NCBI GenBank assembly: GCA_040954595.2
Contig: CM082587.2
Coordinates: forward strand, 10,483,403 to 10,547,402
DNA from: Balanoglossus misakiensis
Taxonomy: Eukaryota > Animalia > Hemichordata
Direction: 5' to 3'
Length of the DNA: 64,000 nt
Shown piece by piece: positions 36,549 to 49,586 of this stretch; positions within the stretch are counted from its first letter, which is position 1; every line of letters begins with the position of its first letter. The position numbers and the translations under genes were made by a program. The notes beneath the pieces are model-generated. The model worked only from the letters and a program-made list of their open reading frames with translations, did not search any database and was not told the DNA's origin.

Positions 36549-37018
36549 AATGATGGAAACGCGGGACTCTCGCTTTGGGCTAAGCTGTGCAACGATATCA
36601 CTGTTTACATACTGGCAACGACTTCCCCCAATGACGTCATGTCACGTGGTCTATACGCGGCAAATACGAATTGAGATTTTTTCTGAGGGACATGAATTTC
36701 GACGATTTTATTAATGAATCATTAATTATAGAAAACCACAGCCAAAATATAATGTCTTGATTTGGATAAAATGGTTATTTTACTAAATGAATCTTTTACA
36801 CTCAAATGAAATAAAAATAGGTGTAATAATTCCTTTAACAGTGGTGGGTCAGTGAGCAGGGCTGACTGAAATAAGTTGCTTGTCATATGTGTTTGTACAG
36901 ACAATGTTTGGTCAAAAATACATTTTTCTATCTCTGTTTTGGATAGAAAATCTTCTTAACCAATTGTTCAGTTTCTTTGAAAGTTACTGTTAACAAGGAG
37001 AGTTGGTACACCCAACTT

Positions 37019-40000
37019 AGAGCTACTATGACTGGTTACTAACTTCTATGTCTATTTGATTCATAGATGCTGCCTGAGATTGTCTCATTTCAACTCTGGA
37101 TTCTCTTCCTCGTCCGGGGCGAGTTTAAGACCGCTCAATGGTAAGCATGACTTGCTATATATTTGCTTTTATCGGGCGTTGCAACCGAGACAATAGGAAG
37201 CAATGTATGTCTACGAACTAATTTACACATTCCAGTTATCAATACTTTTTTCCCCTTCGAATTCTGGCCTCGATTGCCTGTGATATGATCGTGATGACAT
37301 GAATTAAATGGTCAAGTTCAAATCTTCATGTGAAGCATGCATAAATTAAATTTGGATGCATTTCCTTAACCATATAGCTAGAAATTACTCCCATACCAAT
37401 ACACGAGGAGAGACCGTAATTTTGGCTGAAAGTGTGCTAGTCCAACACTATGCTTAATCAATCTGGCTAAGAGATCTGTTATTATATTAGACACATGAAG
37501 GAAAGTAATGTTGTTTAGAGTGACATAAAACAATACTTTAGGCCTGAAAGAATAATATAAATCATGACACAAACAGGCTGGATTCTTTTTTCAAAAATGT
37601 GTGCAGATTGGCCCATGGTAACCAAAGCCAGAGAAGCGCAGTTCTGAATTCGAAAACTCTGATCAGTACCAGAAACTTGCCCAAAGCTACCAAATGCACA
37701 AAAAGTTTTGAGAATTTTTATAAAGATAAAAAATCACCAAGTGACTAGTGGGCTTGTCTATGTTCAATGTCTTCCCTGGTAGCAACATCTACTTCTGCCA
37801 CCATGCCATGAGATATACTGACAGCTACGTTTGAAACATTTTAGTATACTGATATTCAAAGTTTAAATTTTAAGGCTTACTTTTCTATACTAAAATAAAT
37901 GTTTTATAATTGCCAACAATGTACATTCTTATGCTAATCAGTTGTATGAAAAGTGAGGTGGATCAAATGTAAGTTTCATTTTCACAACAAACATAAAGAA
38001 ATCCCTGTACAGTGTTACGTAGATGTCAAAGTGTGTGTACACCTGTCGTTTACAGATATGATGTCAGTTTCGCTTGTCACCTAACTGCCATGTTTGTGGT
38101 ATACCCATGTGGACCACTTTACTGCAGTACTGATGTAAATGGAGTTTCAAGATCGCTGTTACAGATTTCTCTGATTCGTATTCCACTGTTGTACATTATC
38201 GCAGCACAGTCTGACCCTACATTATACCATGTTTTGCATATTTTCACCAATTAGTATGGCCCAGATAATTCTAAAGCAAGGTTGATTGGTTACTAATTAA
38301 TATGCATATATTTGATTCACAGTCTTAAACACAGCATTTCAACGTATGCCGGAGGAGGAAGAGAATACCTAGGCCTGATCCAAGACCGCTTTCCGGTAAG
38401 CACAACTTGCTCTGTATACATGCTCCATAGCTTGTTTGTAAAGGCTACCTTTTCCCATCAAATAGTGAAGTCGCCCTTTCAAAATTATGGTGGTGGCAAG
38501 TCACAACTGGTTATCATGGAGAGTCGCATATACTTACCAGCCCACGCTAGCCATGACTTTACAAATGTTTCCGTCATATTATGCAGAAAATTCTGGCTGC
38601 CTTAAATAGGTTTTCACTTTGCGCTAGGGGGTCAAATCACATTGCATTCTGGGCGAAAAGTCCACAACCAACTGTAGTAAGAGATAGAAGAAATGATACA
38701 TTTTTTTGTATTTCATGCTTTGGTCAAACATGTCTGTCTCTGTAGTTAGCATATTAAACTCATTAATTAAACTTTTTTCACATTTTGTTATTTAGTCCGT
38801 TAAAAAGTTCTAGAATGACCCATTATCACTTTAGCTTAGGCTCCATTCACAAACACCTCTGGAGGGGGGGGGGGAGAATTTCATTTTTTACCGCTAATTT
38901 TCACATGCCCCCCGTACACAACCCGAAATATTTTCAAATCCCCCTTCTGCACTGCCAAAATTTTGAAATCCCCCCCCCCCATTTTCTTTCACAGAGCAAA
39001 ACACATCACCTATCTATCTTGTAAAAAAGAAAAACATCGCTCCCATGAAAAGACTTTGAAACTGATGTTTCCCCTCATCAGTGGGTATTAAAACTGAACA
39101 TTGTTTTTATTTTTTATGTATTTGTATTCTGTGTTGGGAGACATTGTAAACCGAGAATTGAAGGGGGTGGGTGTGGGAAGGGGTGTCCCCCTCCCACGTA
39201 AGAAAATTTTATAAAATACAGAGCTCAAAGCTGCATTTTAATGAACCGGGCAAAAGCAAATTAACTCAAATACCGGTATGTTGGGGAGGACAAATTTAAC
39301 CGTCGCCGCTCAAAGTTATCATGGGGTGGGGGCAAGTCCCCTGACCTGGGACACTAGACAATGTTTGAACCAGTCAATGATTGAAAGGTGTTGATGAATG
39401 GAGGGGGTGGGTGTGGGAGGGGGTGTAAAATAAAGGGCGCGAAACTGCATTTTTGTGGACTCAAAATAAATATTTAGTCGTCAAAGTTTTCAAGTCCCCC
39501 CTTTCAGTCCCTAAATTATTTCAAATCCCCCCTTACATACCCTCAATTTTTTCAAATCCCCCCCGCAATTCTCCTGCCCCCCCCCCCTCCAGAGGTGTTT
39601 GTGAATGCAGCCTTATGAACTCCCATTTCTTTAACATGGCAACAATCGGCCATCAATTGTCGACCATATGAGATTTTCATCACTCACTTAGGGTAGCTTA
39701 AGGGAGAATTGTATAGGCATGACTTGGGCTGTAAATTTCATGAAATAGCTACATGCCTATTGTTAACAAGCAGCTGACTGTACTGAAAGACTGGAAGTGT
39801 TGTGTACTTATTTTACATATTCAATATTTGTAATTAGACCATGTCATGTATATCTTGGGGATTGCTCGATCGCAATGTCTCTGCTGGTACAATGTCCTTT
39901 TAACTTGTACAGTAATATGGTAGTGATTGTAAGTTTGTGTGCGGCATTTGTAAATTATTTTCAATTTATAAATTTTTTGTAAGTTTCTTCATTCTCAAAT

Positions 40001-41430
40001 TGCTTGCCTAACGTACTGCTTTAAAATTTAAATTTTGGTATGATTTTGAGTAGACTTTTTGTTTCAAAATTATTTTCGACACTTGACATTTTGGGGTGAT
40101 ATGATTTTACATGGAAAATCTGATTTCCCAGTAATTCGGTTGACAGGATTTTCACCATATCTCTAAATCATGAAGTACATGTATCAGAATTGCATCAGGC
40201 CCCCAAAATTCTAGTCGCCCTTGGCAAGTAATATTAGCCATTGTTGTCCAAGGACGTTGACGGTACAAGTGGTTTTTACACTTACTATGTAGGCATTTTA
40301 TCAGAATTATTAGGTCCCATTTGGTGCAGGTATATGTATTTATACCATGGGACCTTATGGGATCAGTTGCACCTGTATATATGGATGTCTGTACGGATGT
40401 TTGTCTGTATGTCTATCAATATCAAACACTTGGAAACCACTGGCATGTGACCTTGATATTTAGTGTGGAGATGCAGGCAGGGCAGTAGGTGGGAGTTGTC
40501 AAAATGAAGTTGTCATTGCCAAAATATGCAAATTAGCTGGGAAAGTGTCAAATTCGTCAAAACTCGGGAACTCAACAACTACTGAGCAAATTGCTTTCAA
40601 AATTGAAAATTGGTATTCCTGTAAGTTATGTTAACCTCACACAGTTCTATATGTTGTGAGCTAATAATGTGAATTTTCCATTTGTATTTTTTGTCTCTTT
40701 CCACATTATCGGTAGAAAATCTGCTTTTCTGGAATTGATCAGCTGACTTATTTGAAATTTAGTATGAAGCTTCATAGGTGATCTGAGTTACCATAGTTTT
40801 GTAAGGACCCATTTGCTTTACCATGGGACCTTATGATATCGGTGGATGTATGTATGTATGTCTGTATGTCCGTCTACATCACAAACTTGAAAACCGCTAA
40901 GCATATGACCTCGATATTTGGTGTGTAGATGCAGGCCAGGCTGAAGATTGGAGTTTGTTCAAATGAAGCTGTCATTGCCAAAAATATGCAAATTAGCTAG
41001 GAAAATGTGAAATTGGTCAAAACTCAAACTCAACAACCACTGGTCACATTGATTTGAAAATCAGTATGCATGTACCTTATGTCTACCCCAAACAGTCCTG
41101 TATGTTTTGAGCTAATATTATCGATTTTTAATTTTTTATGCCAAAAATCCTTTATGCATTTTTTGTATTTTTCCACATTATTGGTAAAGAAATCATCATT
41201 TCTAAAAGTTATAGGCCTCATTCTTTGAATTTTCGTATGAAGCTTCTAATGGTTGTCTGAGTAACCAAAGTTTTGTTCAAATTGTTGAAACATTTGCATA
41301 TTTAAATTTTGAGCAATTTTTGCCATTTTTGGTCATTTTTTTTTCTTTAAACCTGCATGCCAGATTGATTTGGTAGGCATATTCCTAAGGGTAAACTGAG
41401 TAAGATGTTGTAAAAATGTGATATTATATA
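37019..41430 (+). repeat. Copy B of the ~6.2-kb-period duplication
   Basis: Colinear with copy A; retains ~37283-37376 and ~37590-38210, which are missing in A. Confidence 0.85.
38839..39612 (-). mobile_element. Harbinger-type MITE (same family as 32767, opposite orientation) with TTA TSD
   Basis: TTA|GGCTCCATTCACAAACACCTCTGGAGG ... GTGAATGCAGCC|TTA; the interior is the reverse complement of 32767-33516. Confidence 0.92.
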
Positions 41431-42892
41431 TTGTGTTATTGGGGAGGGGGGGGGGTTACTCAAACATTTATAACACCCAGCAACTTTTGGTACTGGCAAG
41501 GTTTGTCCTCCAATGATTTCAACATCCTGCTAGGAATACAACCTCTCCGCAACTTCATAAATATAGGGCATGACATTGCAGGTTTTTTGAGAACACTGTT
41601 TAAAATAACCCTCATCAAGCCTGTTAACTTATTTAGACAGACTATTATCCAGAATGAAACGAAACATGGATGCATTAAAAAGATCTTGTGCAATAAAAAC
41701 CAAGTTGATCATAACAATTATTTGCTACGTACAACATGTACATCACTAATAGAAGTTATGGCTATAAGCATAAACCTGTTTGTTTTGCTATCTTCACTAT
41801 TCATGTTATCTGACTATATTAATACATTTGCAAGCATACTGTTTCAGACATAGCGAATTTGATAAACATCTACAAATATATTTTTACCCGTTGAAGTTAT
41901 CAAAATCCAGACACTTGACAAAAGGAGATTTTTCATCCCCTCTATAGATTGATAGTCTAACATAGCAGGCAATCTGTTTTTAACAATTGCAGAAGCCTTC
42001 ATAAAAAGTTGTTGGCCAGAATGAAAGCTTGGGGGGACGTAGGGTTTCCTACTTTTTAGGTTATTTTTTCTATGGCCCCCAAAAGTTATGACAAAAAATT
42101 GATGACCCCCTTGGAATTTATAACTCCCCCCCCCTCCTATCATACCCTGTCCATATTCTTATAAATGTCAGTAAACGCCATACAGTCCTGTATGTTTTGT
42201 TTTGAGCTAATATTATGAATTTTCTATTTTTATTGTTTTGTCTTTTACTGCATTTTTGGTAAAAAAAATCTTCATTTCTGAAAGCGATAGCTTTTGTTCA
42301 AATTGCAAATTGTTGTGAAATTGGTATATTTATAATTTTGAGCAATTTTGTAATTTTTGCTCAGAATGCAGATTCCTAGGGGGGTAACCCAAGTAAGGTG
42401 TTGTAAAAGATTTGTTTAAAAAATAAAAATATATTTGTAGATGTTTATCAAATTCGCTGTGTCTGGAAGCGCTTGTCAGATTGCTTTGAACTTTGGCAGG
42501 AATGTTCCTTGTAGTGATTGAAGTAAGATGGTGTACAATTATAGTGATTTTTGCATATTTGTGTTTTTGCTACTTTTGAACAAATGTAGTTTTGTTTAAC
42601 CCCCATCTTACCCTATCCATATTCAAATAAATATGAAAAGAAATTTCTCACAGATATTATTTACTTTGATAATACTATCATTTGTGCAACAACTAATCAA
42701 TCAAACAGTCAATAATCATAAATTGGGAGTTCAAAAATATCTATGAGGGAGATTTAAAACCCTGTTAGCAACAACTGTTTGCCATGTTTTCAGTATTAAT
42801 GTTTTGTGTAGCTTCTGCAGTTTTTAGGTCCCATTTTGTATGTACCATGGGCCTTATGGAATCAGTTGCGTCTGTATTTATGTATGGATGTA

Positions 42893-43088
42893 CTGTATTT
42901 TCACGAGTTAAATTTTTTGCGATATCGAGAGAGGCCATTGTTTCGCGAGTATTAATTTTCGCGTCTCTTATTTAATTCACTGCATCGTTATCTTCAAAAA
43001 CATTTACGCGACTTTTTATTTTAACGTTATTTTGGCTCTTGCGTATTTGGCGAAAATTAATTGCTCGCGAAAATAAAGTGTTTTACAG
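42893..43088. mobile_element. TA-flanked MITE (CTGTA...TACAG)
   Basis: TA|CTGTATTTTCACG ... GTTTTACAG|TA with TTTTCGCG repeats; it interrupts a GTAT microsatellite. Confidence 0.7.
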
Positions 43089-45961
43089 TATGTCTGTCTG
43101 TTTGTATGGATGTATGTCTGTATGTCCGTCCACATCAAAAACTTGCAAACCGTTGTGCGTATCACCTCGATATTTGGTGTGCAGATGCAGGCTGGGCTGT
43201 AGATTGGAGTTTGTTAACATGAAGTTGTCATTACCAAAATATGCAAATTAGCTGGAAAAATGTGAAATTGGTCAAAACTCGCAAAAGTCAACAACTGCTG
43301 GTCAGATTGATTTGGAAATTGGTATGCAAGTACCTTATGTCTACCTCATACAGTCCTGTATGTTTTGAGCTAATATTGACTTTCTATTTTTGATGCATTT
43401 GTTTGTATTTTTCAACATTATTGGTAAAAAATCTTCATTTCTGAAAGTGATCGGCCTACTTCTTTGAAATTTAGTATGAAGCTTCTTATAGGTTGTCTGA
43501 GTAACCATGGTTTTGTTCAGATTGTTGCAAAAATTGCATATTTATAATTTTGATAATAATTTTTTTGTCATTTTTTCCCTCTGAGACCGCTTGTCAGATT
43601 GCTTTGATTGATTCGCATTTTGGCAGGCATGTTCCTTGTGGTGATTGAAGTTAAGATTTTGAACAATTTTGGTTATATTTACATGTATGTGTTTTTGCCA
43701 CTTTTGAACAAATATTTGGCAGACACAAGAAATAGTCTAAACATTATCAGTACATTACTAAAACAGTGTAGGTACACTGTACTATAAACTGAGGAAGATT
43801 AGTGACTATTGTTTGCCAAAAATTGTCCCAAGTCAGTTCTCAAGCATAGCAGAATAGTAGCTTTGAGTAGCAAAGTGTGATGATTTAAAATGTAAAAAGA
43901 CAACACCAATCTCTAGCTCTGCTCTCAGCACTGCAAAAGTTATCAGACAGGTAGATAGATGTTCAGTCATCCTATGTCTGTCAACACTTTTCTTTTCTGA
44001 AATCACTGGTGCAAGTGCTTTCAAATTTGGTGTGCAGGTTTCTTGGGGTAGCGAAGTACTGCGTGTTCAAATTGTGTTGAATTCTGCATATTTGTAGTTT
44101 GGAACAAGTTTTTTGCTGTTTTTGGAAGAAAAAAGCTAAGCTCGTAGATTACTTTGACTTTGCAGGTTTCTAGGTATGACACAAGTTGTTTCTTCAAAAT
44201 ATGGTGAAATTTGCATATTTGGGGGGAAATTTTCTCTGAAATTTAGTATGGATCTCCCTGAGGTATGTGACATAATCTGTAATTTTGTATTTTGGAGACA
44301 GTTGCCTTTTTATACAAACAAAAAATCTTGTCAGAATATGCATGTCTGATTGCCATGTCCACAGGGGTGATCTAATTTTATTTACATTATAACCGAATCT
44401 GTAAAGTTTTCATAATGATCTTTAAAATAGGTACGTCTAATTGATTTGATGATTGGTATGAATTGTCCCTTGGTGATCATAGTCAATGCTTTTGAAATTC
44501 TGCTGAATATTGCATTATTATTTTGTCCGAGTCTGAATAGTAGTCATCTTCTCTGAAACCCCTTGACCTAAGTCAGGTGTCAAATAGTACAATTTGCAGA
44601 TTTGTTGCATTGGAGATATTGTTGCAGTTTTTGAAATTCAAGATGGCTGCCAATGTCTGTGTTAACTCTATGGACAAACATTTATGTAAATACTTTTCTG
44701 AAAACAAGGTGGTGAACATCACATTTTTGTTTACAAACAGTAATAGAAATAGCTATCATTGTTTCTTAAAATCTTAACTTGTAGGATTCTTTTTCAATCT
44801 CTGGCATCTGCAGAGACAATTAAACAACTCTATAAAAAGTCTTATTGCTTAGTACTGACACGAGGTGGTAAAAAGATGTGCAGCTTTTGACTTCTTACAG
44901 GCTTACACTTTGTTAGTAATATGAGTCCCTATTGGTATTGTGCTGGGTTTTTAGGAGCTTGGGCCCCATTCCCTGGATATTTTGTACACCTTGCTCTGAA
45001 AACCTGCCACACCTATGCTTCTTGAATTTGTCACAGTTGTCCTTGCCAATGAGTGTGCACCTTGAAATTCAAATCAGTCATTTGACCTGGCAGACATATT
45101 CAATTGAAATTTTTAAATTAATGCAAATTAGCTGGGAAAATTTGAAATTGGTCAAAACTCAGAAACTCGACAACCACTGGTCAGATTAATTTGACAATTG
45201 GTATGCAAGTACCTTATGTCAACCACATACAGTCCTGTATTTTGAATAGTTTGAATGTTCTATTTTTAAGCATTTTTTGCCTTTTTCTTCATTTTTGGTA
45301 AAAAATCTACTTTTCTAGAATTGATGAGACGACTTCTTTGAAATTTAGTATGAAGCTTCATATAGGTGATATGAGTTACCATACTTTTGTTAAAATGTAG
45401 GAAATTTGCATATTCATAATTTTGGAGCAATTTCGGCCCTTTTTGAATTTTTTTTTCTAAAACCGCTTGTTACATTGCTTTGAAATTTGTTAGTCATATT
45501 AGGGGTAGCCCAAGTAAGATTTGCACGTATGTTTTTTCAAATCAACTTGATGAATTGAATAGTATATTTTTGGGATGATTTTTGCCATTTTTGGTGAAAA
45601 CTCTTCTCAGAACCCCCCACAGTACGTGAAATATCCCATGAATCATTCTGATTTGTACAACCAGAGATTACTCGGTCAAACCAGGCAAAGTTCACATGTG
45701 TAGAGAAAATTGTAGACCACTAATACAAATTTTGAGAGCATGCTTTAAAGGCGAATCTTATTGTCAATTACCATTTCAAATGATAAACAAAATCATGCAT
45801 TATTGAAAGAGGAGATACAAATTTTATAAAATAAGCAATTGCATAGCCAGCCGATACAAAAAAGTTTGAAGTAAAACAGGGACACTTGAAACACTTGTTT
45901 AATCAAACAAAAAGATATTGATTTTTTTCTATTGACAGAACAATGGAAATTTACATGTTAA

Positions 45962-46466
45962 AGGCACGTAAGCTGCAACTGGATAAAAACATTAAAGTTT
46001 TAAATAATCTCATATATGCTTTTAATCATGTCTATTCAATAATATTTCATGATAATATATCAAGCTCAACACTTATTTATGACAAAATGGCCAAAAATTA
46101 CAGAAAAACGAAAATTCCTGCAATTTTAAAAAAAGTGCAATATTGCAATGAAAAATGAAAATCTGATGTCTCAGTGGTGTACATTTACTTCCATGAGCTC
46201 AAGTGGATGAGATCATGTTTTGTTTATGAAGTTTCATAACCGGAAATGCAACATTTTCATTGTTTCTTGCATTTTCCCACGGTGGCGGCCATAATCGCTT
46301 GCGGCAAAGCTTTATTATTTATCTGGTTAAAACTTGCATACGCACTCATATTTAAGGTTTATAATGCTTGTGTATAGTTCACTGCCTTCATCTGCATGGA
46401 CTAATGGTAGTGCAGTATGAAACAAAAATTATGAAAATTATCCCAAAAGTTACAGCTTACGTGCCT
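45962..46466. mobile_element. Kolobok-type MITE with TTAA TSD
   Basis: TTAA|AGGCACGTAAGCTGCAACT ... AGTTACAGCTTACGTGCCT|TTAA. Confidence 0.88.
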
Positions 46467-47215
46467 TTAACTTTCAACAGAGACTGGCCACCTCAGTTAG
46501 TCATTGCTTCTTTCCTCTTAAGTGTGACATTTGACGTACATGAATGAATACTTTGATTTCTATGGCTTTTAAATTTTGATTTTGAAATTTTCACTCTAAT
46601 TCCTCAACATAATTTTTCTAGATAAATCTTAATACAGTTATATGTACTTCATATCATTCTTAGTATCTAAAACAGAAAGTAATTAAATGGACAATCTCGA
46701 TGATACAAATCATGGAGAATTGTGGGTAAAATATCGTACTGTTCCCCCTCTACCCCCACTGCTTTAAAATTTGATTTAAAGGTTTCAGGGTTTGTTCTCA
46801 TGATAATTTACAGATTGATTTGACAATTGGTATGCAAGTACCTTATGTCAACCACATACAATCCTGTATTTTTTGAACTAATAGTTTGAATGTTCTATTT
46901 TATGCATTTTTTGCCTTTTTCCTCATTTGTGCTAAAAAATCTACCTTTCTAGAATTGATGAGTCAACTTCTTTGAAATTTTAGTATGAAGCGTCATATAG
47001 GTGATATGAGTTACAAGACTTTTGTTGAAATGTTGCAAAATTTGCATAATGATAATTTTGGAGCAATTTCAGCCTTGTTTAATTAATTTTTTTTCTCTAA
47101 AACAGCTTGTTCCATTGCTTTAAAATTTGTTAGTCATGTTAGGGGTAGCTCAAGTAAGATTTGCATGTATGTTTTTCAAATCAACTTGATGAATTGAATA
47201 GAATATTTTTGAGGG

Positions 47216-47470
47216 ATCAAATCAAATCAAATCAAAACAAACATTTATAAAGCGCCAGAATCAATAAGAATGTTATTTCCAAAGGCGCTGAAAGTATAAC
47301 ATCAGTGTTCGTAGGCTTTGACAAATAGAAATGTCTTGAGTTTTTGTTTGAAAATGTTGAGACTAGAAGCCTGTTGAATGTCAGATGGCAGAGAATTGTT
47401 TTGAGTCTGTACTTTGGTACACACAACTGGTTCCTTGAGCTGGAGCGCAGAGCCCGACTAGGCTTATATG
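47216..47470 (-). mobile_element. L2-clade LINE 3' end fragment
   Basis: YKPSRALRSSSRNQLCVPK / NSLPSDIQQASSLNIFKQKLKTFLFVKAY; 3' UTR with a GCGCC/GGCGC stem and a (TTTGA)n tail. Confidence 0.85.
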
Positions 47471-48233
47471 ATTTTTGATTTGAAGGTTTCAGGGTGTTTT
47501 CTCATGATGATTTACAAAACCTATGACTGATTACTTTGAAATTTGAGTAGAAAGTTAGTTGGATGTGTTTGTTTAGATAATGGAATCAAATAAAGTTATT
47601 CATTCTTCACCTTCATTCTTCACCTCATTTCATTTATTGGCTGGTTTGTCTATTGTATCAGGGCAGAGTACTTGCCATCCCACCCCACCGATGCAAACTT
47701 TGAGTGGCAAAAGTAAAATTTGTCGTAACATTGAGTTAATTTGCTTTTGGGCTCACTAAAATGCAACTCTGAGCTCTGTATTTGTACAAAATTTTCATTA
47801 ATTGGCTGGTTTGTCTATTGTACCAGGCCAGCATACATAAGATCAAGATGTTTTCGGGGCTGGGGGGGGGGCATCATATTTTATTGCCTCTCTATGTGTG
47901 TGTCTGTCTGTCTGTACTCCTGTGTAGACATTTTCTAGTATAATCACTAAATGAGACCACAGTGTCCTTGACGCTATTTTTTGTGATTATCAATGACCCC
48001 GGGGTAACCTTTGACCAGCTTTCATATATCTTGGTATTCACAGCAGAATACAGCCTTGGCATACCCTGGTAACCATGGGAACCGTTTGGGCCCCACCAAT
48101 AGTGCTGGCAGCGTTAATTTTTAAATGATTTCTTCCTATCGTTTTCTTTATCAATGATGATGACTTGATCTAATCAGATTAAAAAAATAATTTCATTCTT
48201 TTTTTACATTAGGTTCTTTGGTAACACTGCTGC

Positions 48234-48611
48234 TGGAGGGAGTGTAATATTTGTAACGACGCCGCCACCTAATACTGTACTGGAGGGATGAAGTTAATAC
48301 TTGTAACGACGCCACCACCTAATACTGTACTGGAGGGAGGAACTTAATACTTGTAACGACGCCGCCATCTAATACTGTACTGGAGGGAGGAACTTAATAC
48401 TTGTAACGACGCCGCCACCTAATACTGTACTGGAGGGAGGAACTTAAACTTGTAACGACGCCGCCACCTAATACTGTACTGGAGGGAGGAACTTAATACT
48501 TGTAACGACGCCGCCACCTAATACTGTACTGGAGGGAGGAACTTAAACTTGTAACGACGCCGCCACCTAATACTGTACTGGAGGGATGAACTTAATACTT
48601 GTAACGACGCC
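48234..48611 (+). repeat. 50-bp minisatellite, ~7.5 copies
   Basis: Unit TGGAGGGAGGAACTTAATACTTGTAACGACGCCGCCACCTAATACTGTAC. Confidence 0.95.
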
Positions 48612-48793
48612 AGATGATGCTTCTGTGACCAGAGGGATGAACGACGCCATGATTTGTTGATCTGATCTAATTAATAATATTCATTCTTTTTTTTCAATAG
48701 GTTCATTGGTATTATCATCGCCGGAGGGAGTCTAATCAATATCTACAACAACGCCGCACCAGATAACAATATCAAAACCAGAGGGATGCTGTC

Positions 48794-48975
48794 AATAGGT
48801 TAGGCTAATAAAAATGGTTTAATATGAGGGAATGGTAACGGGTTGGTGTATGAATATGTTAGGGTAATAAAAAATGGTATAATCTAACGGAATGGTGAAG
48901 GGTTGGTGTATGAATAGGTTAGGCTAATAAAAATGGTATAATCTAATGGAATGGTGAAGGGTTGGTGTATGATGA
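48794..48975 (+). repeat. ~60-bp tandem repeat, ~3 copies
   Basis: GGAATGGT.A.GGGTTGGTGTATGA recurs at ~48829, ~48889 and ~48948. Confidence 0.85.
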
Positions 48976-49389
48976 CTAATAAAACAGTGTGCACAAGGGT
49001 ACTATAACAAAACTGTCTGCAAGGGTATAATATTATGGTTTCAAGGGTATGATAAGTAATTAAAATACTATAAAAACATGAGTAATGCCACGTGGTAAAT
49101 AAAAACTGTACATGTACAGAGGGTAAATACCGGTATAATATGTAAGGGTGTAAACATCAATGGTGTAATAATAAAAAATGGGTAACACAAGGTTTTGGTG
49201 GTATAATAATAATAAAATGGTATTAACTTGATGGTATAAACATTATGGGATGTGTATAAATGGTGTTAATATTACAAAGGTATGATGATTAGTTGGGGTG
49301 TAATAATAAGAAACTTAAAATCATTGGATAATTTATTAGGGTCAGGTTGGGTAAAATTGTTGCTATGCATTCGTGTAATAATTGTCTGC

Positions 49390-49586
49390 GGATTTTTTGC
49401 AGCGTTACCCGCGTTGGCGTTCTTCATTGCAGGTCGCTCGTCGTGTAATGAAATTTCGCCGTGTGCCCGTTTAATTCGCCGATGGATTTTTTACAACATT
49501 ACCCGCGTTCGCGTTCTTCATCGCAGTTCGCTCGTCGTGTAATGGAATTTCGCTGTGTGCCCGTTTGATTCGCCGATGGATTTTTT
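49390..49586 (+). repeat. ~94-bp tandem duplication
   Basis: TTACCCGCGTT..CGTTCTTCAT...TTCGCCGATGGATTTTTT occurs twice. Confidence 0.85.

Larger units (their letters stand above)
35536..36834. mobile_element. Non-autonomous Kolobok transposon with TTAA TSD
   Basis: TTAA|AGAGTTTATTACACCTAT ... ATAGGTGTAATAATTCCT|TTAA; convergent KolX-like and THAP stubs; TGACGTCA near both ends. Confidence 0.85.
34543..47200 (+). repeat. Cluster of degenerate HINE-like elements and their internal repeats
   Basis: 5' modules TAGGTCCCAT...ATGGGACCT plus a GTAT/GTCT microsatellite at ~34545, ~40310, ~40803 and ~42822; recurrent TTTGAAATTTAGTATGAAGCTTC and AAATGAAGTTGTCATTGCCAAAA blocks. Confidence 0.6.

Noticed and set aside
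41431-42143. 140-aa and neighbouring ORFs
   Set aside because: AT-rich, motif-free ORFs inside repeat-derived sequence, with no coding support.
48234-48611. CRISPR-like short repeats
   Set aside because: Contiguous 50-bp units with no variable spacers.
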